Assembly (NCBI GenBank): GCA_963762255.1 | Contig: CAVXKA010000001.1 | Span: 640,001 to 704,000 of the forward strand | DNA: 64,000 bases | Direction: 5' to 3' | DNA from: Candidatus Eiseniibacteriota bacterium | GTDB lineage: Bacteria > Eisenbacteria > RBG-16-71-46 > JABDJR01 | In this document: in pieces, positions 1 to 9,884 of the stretch | Position numbering within the stretch: the first letter of the stretch is position 1 | How the letters are laid out: every line of letters begins with the position of its first letter | The notes under the pieces: generated by a model | Database searches by the model: none | What the model saw: only the letters and a program-made list of their open reading frames with translations | What the model was told of the DNA's origin: nothing | Program-made: the position numbers and the translations under genes

Positions 1-1
1 G

Positions 2-427
2 CAGGAGGTCGTCTCGGTCGGTCTCCCCGCTTCCGACTTCAGCTCGTTGCTTCAGAACGTTCGGGTGGGATTTCCGGTGAGTTCCCGGGGACGCCTGGAG
101 CCCGCCTTCGGGTTCTCCGCGCTCGACGACGGCTACACGACGTACTGGCGCGTGGGTCTCGGAGTGGACTACTTGTTTCTGCTATGCCCCGAGCCCTGCC
201 GGGCCATGCCGTTCGTCCGCGTCGGGAACGTATTCAACGTCATGGGCTCCAGCAAGAAGTACAAGACGCAGATGGGGATCGCGGGTGGATCGGGGTTCGG
301 GCTGATGCTCGGTGACGCCTGGGGGATTCGTGTCGAGGGCGGAGTCGTCCGGATGTTTCCAAACGGAGACGCGTCGGGACGCTGGGATATGACCGGGAAC
401 GTGGGGTTATCCCTCTACCTGAACTAG
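2..427 (+). CDS. Outer-membrane beta-barrel protein, 5'-truncated by the window edge
   Basis: Frame open from base 2; alternating beta-strand pattern and C-terminal VGLSLYLN typical of OMP barrels. Confidence 0.6.
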   Translation, partial: QEVVSVGLPASDFSSLLQNVRVGFPVSSRGRLEPAFGFSALDDGYTTYWRVGLGVDYLFLLCPEPCRAMPFVRVGNVFNVMGSSKKYKTQMGIAGGSGFGLMLGDAWGIRVEGGVVRMFPNGDASGRWDMTGNVGLSLYLN

Positions 428-548
428 GAGACGCGCGCCGCGAGAACTCGCGTGCCGACGTGCCGGGCCGTGAGTCCGACCGAATCATAGGTTCGGACTC
501 TCCGGCCCGGCGTCATGGGCCTCTTACACCGCGCGTTCCTTCCGCCGA

Positions 549-2043
549 CTATTCGAAGACGTGAACGTCTCCGCTGGCGTTACCGGTGAAGCTGTTCTGG
601 CTTTCGAGCGTGGTCGGATTCGGGTATTCCCCACCGCCTAGCGAAATCCCCCAGCCGCCGCTGTAGTTGATCTCGCAGCTCGTGATCGAGGGCAGCGCGT
701 CCTCGATCGACGATACTCTCGACCGCACCAATGCCCCCACCGTACTCGATCACGCAGTGCGCGAAACGCACCTGAGCGTCGACCACCGCACCGCTGATAT
801 AGATGTGCCGCCAGTCCCCCGGTTGCGGGTTGGTCTGCGCGCTGGTGAAGGTAATCGGATTGGCGACCGTGCCTTCGGCAATAAGGCCGGCGGAGACCGT
901 GTACCCGACATGTAGGTACGCATCGTCACCGAACTGGATCACCGTTCCGGGCTCGATCGTCACCACGGCGGTCCCCGTCTGGCTGCCGATGCCCACACCG
1001 TGGCCATCCGGTATGCGATACGGCACGCCGTGATCGCGCCAGGTGCCGCTCGTCTCGACGCCGCCATAGAACACCGTGATGGCGTCCTTGCCGGCCGCGT
1101 TGCCGGTGAAGCTGTTGCCCGCACCCATCTCGCGTATGTATTCGGGGTTGACCTCGAAGGGGTAGTCCCTGCAACCGGTGATGGTGTTGTTCGTGAATGC
1201 CGCCATGTGGGAGACCTGCTGCCAGAAGGTGATCCCCTTGCCGGCGCTGTGGCGGATTGTCGAATGGTCCATCTTCACGACCGCGCCAAAGTCGAGGAGG
1301 AGCGCCTGCTCGCCCTCGCGACCGGCGTATTCGATCGTGCAGTAGCTGAAGCGCGTCGTGGGAAGCGTGCTGTCGTGGAACGTGAAGCCGAACCAATCGC
1401 CGGGCGCCGCCGGGGTCTCGTTCGAGGTGAAGAGGATCGTCGAATCGGGCTTGCCGATGGCGATCAGGGCGCCGTCGCCCGCGCCGCCCCAGCCGCACAC
1501 GAAGCCCTTGTCCGTCTCGAAGCGCACGATGCAGCCGGGTTGAATGGTGAGCGTGGCACCGTTCTCGATGCCGATTTGCTCGGTCACGATGTGCGGGTTG
1601 CAGCAGGCGTACCAGATCTCGTTGGCGTCGATGTTCTCGGCGTGGTAGGTCGGCCCCGCGGGGCAGGGGCAGATCGTCACGGTCACCGTGGCGTCGCGCT
1701 CGTTGCCCGACGTGTCGATCGCCAGTGCGCGAAGGATGTGAACGCTGCCGCTGGCCAGGCCCGCGGCGTTCCACGTGTACTCGTAGACGTTGGACGCACC
1801 GCTGGCGTCCTCGCCGAGCTTTGTACCGTCGACGTAGAACTCGACCTTGGCGATCTCCACGTCGTCCGTCGCCTGCGCGCGAACGAGCACGGCGCTGGCG
1901 GGGACGGTAGATCCGTGGGTCGGCTGGATGAAGCTTACGGAGGGATCGGTCGTATCGTTCGGGTCGGTCCCCCCGTCGTCACCGTCGCAGGAGACGATGC
2001 ACAAGGCGGCACACAGGGTGAGAGGAATGAGAGCCCTGAACAT
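549..2043 (-). CDS. Lipoprotein with Ig-like (Big) domain and repeated beta-helix-type modules; frameshift near 715
   Basis: Signal peptide with lipobox (CIVSC); VEFYVDG...YTWN Ig motif; repeated ITFTS..PGDW..F.YCTIEYG units; C-terminus continues in ORF 549..740. Confidence 0.65.
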
Positions 2044-2274
2044 GGATCGAGGTCCTTTCCTTGACATCGCGATTGCGGCGTTACGATCGCGGTTCACCAA
2101 TAGGAGTGGAGGCTCGGATTCGGTTTCCGATCGCCTTCGGACGCGCGCAGTCTAGGCCACGACAACTCCGGCGTATAGTATTAAACAGTAAGAAAATAGA
2201 CCGCAATTGTCATCAGACAATATTTATCAATTCAGAGGCATTTCTCGGGATCAGGCGTCGCCGCCAGCGTGCGA

Positions 2275-3285
2275 CTATCGAACCGGTGCGCTCCGCTGCG
2301 ATCGCCTGCGCAGGGAGCCGAGGAACGCGAAGCGCCTCCGTCTGCCGAAACCGCCGACCCGCTTCTCGATCAACCGGACAACCAGAATCCACGTCACAAA
2401 CCCGAAGAACACCATGCCGAGACTGAACAGCGCATAGGAGACCCGCCAGTCCAGGCGGTCCGTCATCATGCTCCACTCGGACATACCGCCGATACTCGCG
2501 ATCAGGTTGAGGGGCAGAAACACGATGTTGATCAGCGTGAGATTCTTCAGCAGCACGTTCATGTTGTTGTTGACGATCGTCCCGCGGGCATCCATGAGGC
2601 CGCTGAGAACCGAGCTGTAGATGTGCGCTTGCCGCGAGGACTGGCGATTCTCCAGCACGATGTCATCCAGCAATTCGGTTTGTGCCTCGCTCAGAGCCAG
2701 CCGGCCGGCCATGTGCCGAAGCCGGTCCAGAACGGCGCCGTTCGCTTCGATGGCGTCCACGTAGTAGATCAAGCTCTCGCTGAGGGCGAACATCTGGAGC
2801 AGATACCGATTTTCCATGGACGTGGTGATCTTCTGCTCGAGCTCGGTGCTCAATTGCTTGATGACTCTCAAATGGCCGACGTAGTGGCGCACGGTGTGAA
2901 GCAGGCTCCCCAACAAGACGTCGGCCGGAGCGTTGGCTCCACGGAACTCTCTTGCCGAGAAGGGAATTCGGCCTTCATTCATGATGATGGCGAGGCGGTT
3001 CTCCCCGATGACGAACCCGACCGAGGACACTCCCAGTTGCAGCTGCTCGCCGACCTCCGTCTTCCTCGGAGTCTTCCAGATCATGAATACGTGGTCGGCC
3101 GAAGCCTCGAGTCGCGCCACCTCTTCGGAGTCGAGCGCCGAATCCACGTCATAGGCGTCGAGATCGAGATGCTCCATGAGGAAGGTCTTCTCCCGGTCGT
3201 CGGGCGCTTCGAAGACCAGGAGGTTCGCCTCTCTCTCGGCAGACTCGCGGATTACACCATTCTCCACCAGGAACAGCGTTTGCAT
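2275..3285 (-). CDS. corA: CorA-family Mg2+/divalent cation transporter
   Basis: NNNMNVLLKNLT...IGGMSE (variant of the GMN motif) followed by two TM helices. Confidence 0.8.
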   Translation of the reverse strand: MQTLFLVENGVIRESAEREANLLVFEAPDDREKTFLMEHLDLDAYDVDSALDSEEVARLEASADHVFMIWKTPRKTEVGEQLQLGVSSVGFVIGENRLAIIMNEGRIPFSAREFRGANAPADVLLGSLLHTVRHYVGHLRVIKQLSTELEQKITTSMENRYLLQMFALSESLIYYVDAIEANGAVLDRLRHMAGRLALSEAQTELLDDIVLENRQSSRQAHIYSSVLSGLMDARGTIVNNNMNVLLKNLTLINIVFLPLNLIASIGGMSEWSMMTDRLDWRVSYALFSLGMVFFGFVTWILVVRLIEKRVGGFGRRRRFAFLGSLRRRSQRSAPVR

Positions 3286-3345
3286 CTTGGACCCCCGCCT
3301 CGTGTTTGTAGGAGGAAGGTGGCGCGCGCCGACGATGGCGATCCG

Positions 3346-4293
3346 CTACTCTCCCAGGATCCAGGTTCCCGTCTTCCCCGCCAGCGCTTCCTTGATCGTC
3401 TCCGGCTTGGTGACGAGTCCCTTCCCCTTCGGGTTGGCTTCCAGGAACGCGATGATGGCTTCGATCTTCGGGCCCATGCTCCCGGACAGGAAATGCCCCT
3501 CAGCGAGGTACTTCTTCGCCTCGCCGAGTGTCATCGAGTCCAGCCACTTCTGGTCGGGCTTGTTGAAATTGACCGCCACCTTCTCCACCGCGGTCGAGAT
3601 CAGGAACACATCGGCGTGCAACTCCGCGGCGAGGAGGCTGCTCGCCCGATCCTTGTCGATGACGGCGAAGGTCCCCTTGATGTGCCCCTTCGCGTCCTTC
3701 ACCACCGGAATGCCGCCTCCGCCCACCGCGATCACGATGAGGCCGGCCTGGATCAAGTTCTTGATCGCGTCCAACTCCACGATCTCCAGCGGGGCGGGTG
3801 ACGCGATCATCCGCCGCCAGCCGCGGCCGGCGTCTTCCTTCACGATCCAACCCTGCTTCTCGAAGACTTCGGCGTTCTCCTTTGTGGTGAACCCGCCGAT
3901 ACCCTTGGTGGGATTCTTGAAGCCGGGGTCGTTGCCGTCCACTACGACCTGCGTCACCATCGCCGCGACCTGTCTCTGGATCCCGCGCTGCTTGAATTCG
4001 TTGAAGAGCGCGAGGGAGATCATGTAGCCGATCGATCCCTGGGTGTCCGCCCCGATCACGTCGAGCGGGGTGAAGTGGACTTCCGGGGCGGCCAGCTCGT
4101 TCCGCCGGAGGATGAAGCCCACCTGGGGGCCGTTGCCGTGGGTGACCACGACGTTCCACCCCTGTTCGATCATGTCGGCCACGTGCTTGCAGGTCTCTTC
4201 GACCGCGTGCACCTGCGATCCGACGTCCTCGTGCTGCTTATCGCTGATAAGAGAGTTGCCGCCGATGGCGACGACCGCCAGTTTTCCGCTCAT
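3346..4293 (-). CDS. arcC: Carbamate kinase
   Basis: AIGGNSL, THGNGPQVG, GGGGIPV, VIDKD and GSMGPK motifs. Confidence 0.95.
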   Translation of the reverse strand: MSGKLAVVAIGGNSLISDKQHEDVGSQVHAVEETCKHVADMIEQGWNVVVTHGNGPQVGFILRRNELAAPEVHFTPLDVIGADTQGSIGYMISLALFNEFKQRGIQRQVAAMVTQVVVDGNDPGFKNPTKGIGGFTTKENAEVFEKQGWIVKEDAGRGWRRMIASPAPLEIVELDAIKNLIQAGLIVIAVGGGGIPVVKDAKGHIKGTFAVIDKDRASSLLAAELHADVFLISTAVEKVAVNFNKPDQKWLDSMTLGEAKKYLAEGHFLSGSMGPKIEAIIAFLEANPKGKGLVTKPETIKEALAGKTGTWILGE

Positions 4294-4344
4294 GATGTGC
4301 TCCTTGGTACCGGCGGGGCCGGATGGGGGCGTCCGCGCGCCGTC

Positions 4345-5322
4345 CTACATCGTCAACGCCATGACCGCCTTCTGGGCGTGCATGCGGTTCTCGGCCTCGT
4401 CGTACACCACCGACTGCGGACCGTCCATCACGCCGTCGGTCACCTCGATGTTGCGATCCGCGGGGAGCGGATGCATGTAGATCGCGTCCGGCTTGGCCAG
4501 CTTCATGCGCCGCTCGTCGGTGATCCAGCTCGAGTACTTCTTGATGATCTTCGCGCCTTCCTCGGCGTCCGGTGTGTGCACCATCGCGCCCCACGACTTC
4601 GCGTAGACGATGTCGGCGTCCTTGAACGCCTTGTCCATGTCGTCCACCACCTCGAAGCCGGCGCCGAACTGCTTCGCCTGCGCGCGGGCCGCCTCCATGA
4701 CCTCCGGCATCAGCTTGAACTCCGGCGGATGCGCGAGCACCACGTCCATGCCGAACCGCGGCATCTGCAGGATGAGCGACTGCGGCACCGACATCGGCTT
4801 CTGGTACGAAGCCGCGTACGCCCACGAGACCACCATCTTCTTCCGGCGCAGATCGCGCCCCTTCTTCTCGATGATGGTCATGAGGTCGGCCAGGCACTGG
4901 AACGGGTGGTAGATGTCGCACTGCATGTTGAGCACCGGCACCCGCGACGCCTTGGCCACCGCGTTCAGGTAGCCGTTGCCGATCCCCCAGTCCACGTGGC
5001 GGATCGCGATGCCGTCGTAGTAGCGGCCGAAGATCTCGCCGATCTCCTTGGGCGTGTCGCCGTGGGAGATCTGGGTCGACTTGCTCTCGATGAATGCGCC
5101 GTGCCCGCCGAGCTGGGCCATCCCCGCCTCGAACGAGCCGCGCGTGCGCGTGCTGGAGAAGAAGAACAGCATCGCCAGCACCTTGTCGCGCAGGTAGGCG
5201 TGCGGCTCGCCGAGCGCCCGCTTGCGCTTCAGGTCGAACGCCACGTCCATGACGGTCTCGACCTCTTCCTTCGTGAAATCCAGGTCGCCGATCAGGTCGC
5301 GACCGTGCAGATAGGTTTGCAT
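4345..5322 (-). CDS. YgeW-like transcarbamylase (ornithine/aspartate carbamoyltransferase superfamily)
   Basis: SSTRTR, HPFQ and HPLP motifs; SWAYAASYQKPMSVPQ and AFKDADIVYAKSW resemble E. coli YgeW. Confidence 0.85.
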   Translation of the reverse strand: MQTYLHGRDLIGDLDFTKEEVETVMDVAFDLKRKRALGEPHAYLRDKVLAMLFFFSSTRTRGSFEAGMAQLGGHGAFIESKSTQISHGDTPKEIGEIFGRYYDGIAIRHVDWGIGNGYLNAVAKASRVPVLNMQCDIYHPFQCLADLMTIIEKKGRDLRRKKMVVSWAYAASYQKPMSVPQSLILQMPRFGMDVVLAHPPEFKLMPEVMEAARAQAKQFGAGFEVVDDMDKAFKDADIVYAKSWGAMVHTPDAEEGAKIIKKYSSWITDERRMKLAKPDAIYMHPLPADRNIEVTDGVMDGPQSVVYDEAENRMHAQKAVMALTM

Positions 5323-5359
5323 TTCCGTCTCCTTGCCGTCGGGGGGTTCCCCGCCGAAG

Positions 5360-6316
5360 CTATTCGCGAGCCCCCAGCACCAGCGCCAGAAGCGACATGC
5401 GCATCACGACCCCGTAGAACGCCTCCTGCCAGTAGCGCGACCAGCGGGTGATGTCCACGTCGGCCGGGATCTCGTCCATGCGCGGCAGCGAGTGGAGCAG
5501 GATGGCGTCCGACTTGGCCTTTGTGGTGAGGAGTTCGCGGGTGATCTTGTAGTTGGCGGGGGTGAGGCCCACGTCCTTCCCGGCGCGCTCGTCGCGGGAC
5601 TTCGTGTAGTCGGGTTGCACCACCGGCTCCACCAGGATGACGTCGGCGTCCGCGATCGCCTGCTCGACGTGCTCCGCCTCTTTGAAGTTCAGGCTGTAGG
5701 GCTTGAGCTCTTCCTTGAACTCCTTGGTGAGCGCCATGTCGGGCGGAGCCACGAAGGTGATCGGGCAGTCGAACTGGGTGAGCGCGTGGGCCAGCGAGTG
5801 CATCGTGCGCATGCGCATGTCGCCCACCGCGAGCCACTTCAGCCCGTCGATGCGACCCTTCTCCTGAAGCACGGTGTAGAGGTCGGTCAGGATCTGCGTG
5901 GGGTGCTCGCCCCAGCCGTCGCCGCCGTTGATGATCGGAATCGAGGACCACTTGGCCGCCTCGTGGGGCGCGCCCTGCTGAAAGTGACGCATGACGATCA
6001 CGTCGCCGTAGAACTCCAGCATCTTCACGGTGTCCTTGATGGACTCCTGGTAGAAATCGCCGGCGCGGGTCATCTTGGCGTCGGAGAAGCCGGTCACGTG
6101 CCCGCCCAGGCGGTGCATGGCCGCCTCGTGGGCGAGCCGCGTGCGGGTGGACGGCTGGTAGAACGCCGTCACCATCGTCTTCTCGCAGAGCATGTCGCTG
6201 TTGCGACGGCTCTTGGCGATGGGCTCGAGCGCCTTCGCCGTCTCGAACACGTGGAAGAACTCGTTTCGCTCAAAATCCTTGAGCGAGAGAATGTCGCGAC
6301 CCATGAAACTCTTCAC
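5360..6316 (-). CDS. Aspartate-carbamoyltransferase-like protein with divergent substrate loops
   Basis: FYQPSTRT, NGGDGWGEHPTQ and HSLPR motifs; GAGGAGG RBS before GTG 6316. Confidence 0.85.
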   Translation of the reverse strand: MKSFMGRDILSLKDFERNEFFHVFETAKALEPIAKSRRNSDMLCEKTMVTAFYQPSTRTRLAHEAAMHRLGGHVTGFSDAKMTRAGDFYQESIKDTVKMLEFYGDVIVMRHFQQGAPHEAAKWSSIPIINGGDGWGEHPTQILTDLYTVLQEKGRIDGLKWLAVGDMRMRTMHSLAHALTQFDCPITFVAPPDMALTKEFKEELKPYSLNFKEAEHVEQAIADADVILVEPVVQPDYTKSRDERAGKDVGLTPANYKITRELLTTKAKSDAILLHSLPRMDEIPADVDITRWSRYWQEAFYGVVMRMSLLALVLGARE

Positions 6317-6406
6317 TGCCGTACCTCCTCGGATCTCGTTCTGATGTCGCCGCGCGCCAAGACATGGGTCGCGCGGTCTCGAAAAGACGTCGCCAGGCAC
6401 CGCCTG

Positions 6407-6452
6407 GCCCCGTTTGCGGGGCAGGAGATGCCCCGTTTGCGGGGCAGGAGAT
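6407..6452. repeat. Perfect 23-bp tandem repeat x2, each unit a hairpin
   Basis: GCCCCGTTTGCGGGGCAGGAGAT at 6407-6429 and 6430-6452. Confidence 0.9.
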
Positions 6453-6528
6453 TCTATCAGGCTCAGAACCCGATGCAACCGCGGGTTTTGAGCAGGGCGC
6501 GGCGGGGCGCGTGTGCTATTCTGGCGCG

Positions 6529-7944
6529 GTGCGGCGCTTAGTATTGCATCGGCTCATGCTGGCGTGGGCCATTCCATTCGCCTTTGCTGCGTGCGAGCGC
6601 GAGACGATCTCGAATCCGCCCCCTCCGGACCTTTCGGATCGCGTCCCCCCCGCTGTGATCGGAGATCTCGTCACGAGTAGCTCCGGCGCGAGCACGGTGA
6701 CCGTCACGTGGACCGCATCCGGTGACGATTCGCTGGAGGGAACAGCCGCGCGCTATGACATTCGATACGCGCCGGGCGGCGACGCGTCGTGGGCGGAGAT
6801 GACCCCGATCCCGGTGGAGCGGACGCCGCCGGCTGCGGGCGCGCGCGACTCCATCGTGGTAACCGAGCTCTCTCCCATGACCACCTATTGCTTTCGCATG
6901 GCGATCGCCGACGAGGCCTCGAATTGGTCTCCGCCATCGGAGGCGGCCGTCGCCCGCACCTCCGCGGGGTGGGACGCCCTTGGAAGCGCGCCGAACGGGC
7001 CCGTGTACGCGATGCTCGTGGTCGCGAACGAACTCGTCGCGGCCGGCGACTTCACCGCCGCGGGAGAAACTCCGGCGCGCAGCGTCGCGCGCTGGAACGG
7101 CATTGCATGGGCGCCGCTCGGGTCGGGCCTGGACGGAGTCGTTCACTGTCTCGCCGTCTACCGGGGCTATCTTGTGGCCGGCGGACGGTTCATCGTTGCA
7201 GGCGGGGCCGCGGTCCACCGGGTGGCTCGATGGACCGGCGCGGTGTGGGAGCCTCTCGGTTTCGACGTCGACGACGAGCCGGGTGTCGTCTACGCACTTG
7301 TCCAGTACGGAGACGCGCTCATCGCAGGCGGCACGTTCACGACCGCGAACGGCGCGCCCGGGGACTACATCGCCGGCTGGGACGGCACGGCGTGGGGGCC
7401 GCTCGGCCCGGGCCTGGATGCCACCGTTCATGCGCTCGCGGTGCATGGGGGAGCGTTGATCGTAGGAGGAACATTCCGAGGCGCCGGCGGCGCGGACGCC
7501 CGGTTCGTGGCCAGATGGGACGGAAGCGGATGGAGCCCGATGGGCGCGGGCATGAACGACTCCGTCTTCGCCCTGCGCAGCCACCTGGGCGAGATGTTCG
7601 CCGGCGGTCACTTCGACATCGCCGACGGCGCTCGCACCAGCGCGGTCACCTCCTGGGACGGGTGGGGCTGGCAACCGTTGGGGCGGATCTCGCCATCAAG
7701 CGCCCACTGCCTCACCGTGCATCGCGGCTCGCTCGTCGCCGGCGGCACGTTCGAGGGAGCAACCGGCTCCGCGGTAGTACACGCGGTGGGTTGGTGGTCG
7801 GGCAGCCGATGGGAGCTGGTCGGACCGGGGCTCGACGGGGCCGTGAGCGCGATCGCCAGTTTCGACGGCGATCTCGTCGTGAGCGGCGAGTTCACTTCGA
7901 CCGGAGAGGCGCGAATCGGCCGCGTAGCGCGCTGGCGCGAGTAA
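6529..7944 (+). CDS. Lipoprotein with FN3 domain and beta-propeller repeats
   Basis: Lipobox FAAC; WTASGDD...YDIRY FN3; about 7 repeats of LxAGGxF...ARWxGxxWxxLG. Confidence 0.75.
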   Translation: MRRLVLHRLMLAWAIPFAFAACERETISNPPPPDLSDRVPPAVIGDLVTSSSGASTVTVTWTASGDDSLEGTAARYDIRYAPGGDASWAEMTPIPVERTPPAAGARDSIVVTELSPMTTYCFRMAIADEASNWSPPSEAAVARTSAGWDALGSAPNGPVYAMLVVANELVAAGDFTAAGETPARSVARWNGIAWAPLGSGLDGVVHCLAVYRGYLVAGGRFIVAGGAAVHRVARWTGAVWEPLGFDVDDEPGVVYALVQYGDALIAGGTFTTANGAPGDYIAGWDGTAWGPLGPGLDATVHALAVHGGALIVGGTFRGAGGADARFVARWDGSGWSPMGAGMNDSVFALRSHLGEMFAGGHFDIADGARTSAVTSWDGWGWQPLGRISPSSAHCLTVHRGSLVAGGTFEGATGSAVVHAVGWWSGSRWELVGPGLDGAVSAIASFDGDLVVSGEFTSTGEARIGRVARWRE

Positions 7945-7998
7945 GCGGCGAGCTGAAACGTGCGCCGGGCCGCCTTGCGTCGAGGTCGACCGCCCCGG

Positions 7999-9807
7999 CT
8001 ACTCCCAGCCGATCTTCCGGCCCCGGTTCTGCTCCTCGAGCCAGCTCAATAGCGGCCGGTAATACTCGACCATGGCCCGAGTGGAGAGTTCTTCGCCGGT
8101 GGCCTCGCGCAGGATCGTCCGCCAGTCGCGCGTCGCCCCGTAGCGCTGCATGCTCACGAGGAACGCGCCGACCTCCTTGTTTCCCGCATAGGTGCACCTG
8201 CGCGGATCCTGCTTGAGGATCTCACGCGCGATGTGGTCGTGCAGTTGGTATTGGATCACCGTGGCCAGCGCGTACGAGAAGTAATACGCCGGCGCATCGC
8301 TGATGTGGGTTTTCGTGGCGGCGTCGCAGAACTCCTCGCCACGAGACGCCGGCGGCGCCACACCCTGGAACTGTTCGACGTACTGCCACCAGCGGGCGTT
8401 CCACTGATCCGGCGGCATCTCGTGCGCGTAGTAGTCGGCCTCCCAGTGGGTCATCGTGCCCGACGCGAAGAACATGAAGGGGATCGTGGCGAGCGCGTCG
8501 CGCAGGAGAGGGCCCACGGTGTCGACCGGGGCGCCCGCCGGCAGGAGCCCGAGCGACTCGAGATACGGCGTCTGCCGCGCCGCGACCTCGGCGACCCCGG
8601 CGAAAGCTTCGTGGAAAGCCGGGCTGGCGCCGTCCCGCAGGAGCGGCGGCACTTCGGGGCGGTTGTACGCAAGATCGTAGTACCCGTGGCCGAGTTCGTG
8701 GTGCGCCGTGCCGAACCACCACTCGTCGGGCTCCACGCTCATGAGGGAGCGGATATCGCGCTCGAGGTCGAGGTTCCAGCACGAGGCATGGGTGTTCTTC
8801 TTGCGGGTATCCGGCGGTTTCACCGGATAGAGGTCTGACAGCGTCCAGAAGGACTCGGGGAGCGGCTCACGCCCGATGCTCGTGTAGAAGCTCTCCGCCG
8901 TCTTCACGATCCACTCTGCGGAGTGGCCCTTGAACGCCGCGGCGAGTTCCGGCGTCGCCACCATCCCGTTCCACTCCTGTGCCCACCGGTTCGGAATCCA
9001 ATGCGCGGGAATGCGGTCCGGCACCGGCTGGCCGTACTTCTTCGCCAGCTCGTACTTGGCCCAGGTGTAGAGCTGAAGGTATAGGGGCCGCAGATCCTGC
9101 AGGAACGCTTCGTGGAGCGCGAGCATATCCGCGGTGTTCATGTCGTGAGACGCCGCCTGGAGCGTGAAGTAGTCGGTGTAGCCCAGCTCGCGGGCCACGC
9201 CGTTGCGAAGCCCTTGCAACTTCACGAGCCCGGGCTTGAGCGCGGGGCCGGACTCCTTGGAAGCCTCCCACACCGCAAGGCGGTCTTTGAGATCGACAAG
9301 CGCCACGAGCCGTTCGTCGATCTCGTTGGTGGTGATGGGGCGCCCCTTGAGCTTGAACTCGAACGCATTGAGCGTCGAGGCCTGCTGCGTCTCGGCATCG
9401 ATGCGCGCCGTGACCAGCTCCGGGTTGGTCATCGGGCCCTCGGCGGCGTTGAGGAGAGCGTGCTTGAGCTGGCGCACGGTGAGCGAGTCCAGTTCCGCCT
9501 CGTGGGTGAGGAGATCCTTGGCCTCGTTGATGAGCGCCGGGTTCCCGGTGAAAGCGGCCCGAGCCTTGTTGGCCGCCGCCGAGGCCGCGTCGTGCGCCGG
9601 AGTCACGTCGGTGGCCGCATCCCAATCGGCGCGCTGGGCGACGGTGTAGAGCGCCTGATAGCTCGCGTTGACCAGGACGAGGAAGCGATCCGCGCGTTCC
9701 TGGACCGCGGACTTGGCGGCCGACGGCGCGGGGCCCTTCTGCGCGGTGCACGCCGAGACGGCGAGGATCGGCACGGCAACGAGAGCGAATGCGATGCGGC
9801 GGTTCAT
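7999..9807 (-). CDS. M2-family (ACE-like) zinc peptidyl-dipeptidase lipoprotein
   Basis: Lipobox VSAC; HHELGH, FHEA, WNARWW and DAATKTHI motifs; GGAGG RBS before ATG 9807. Confidence 0.9.
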   Translation of the reverse strand: MNRRIAFALVAVPILAVSACTAQKGPAPSAAKSAVQERADRFLVLVNASYQALYTVAQRADWDAATDVTPAHDAASAAANKARAAFTGNPALINEAKDLLTHEAELDSLTVRQLKHALLNAAEGPMTNPELVTARIDAETQQASTLNAFEFKLKGRPITTNEIDERLVALVDLKDRLAVWEASKESGPALKPGLVKLQGLRNGVARELGYTDYFTLQAASHDMNTADMLALHEAFLQDLRPLYLQLYTWAKYELAKKYGQPVPDRIPAHWIPNRWAQEWNGMVATPELAAAFKGHSAEWIVKTAESFYTSIGREPLPESFWTLSDLYPVKPPDTRKKNTHASCWNLDLERDIRSLMSVEPDEWWFGTAHHELGHGYYDLAYNRPEVPPLLRDGASPAFHEAFAGVAEVAARQTPYLESLGLLPAGAPVDTVGPLLRDALATIPFMFFASGTMTHWEADYYAHEMPPDQWNARWWQYVEQFQGVAPPASRGEEFCDAATKTHISDAPAYYFSYALATVIQYQLHDHIAREILKQDPRRCTYAGNKEVGAFLVSMQRYGATRDWRTILREATGEELSTRAMVEYYRPLLSWLEEQNRGRKIGWE

Positions 9808-9884
9808 GGGGGCCTCCTTGATCGGCGTAGTATAGCCGGTTCGACGCCCAGATGGCGCCGCTCCGCCGCGTGGCGCGTTTGCGG

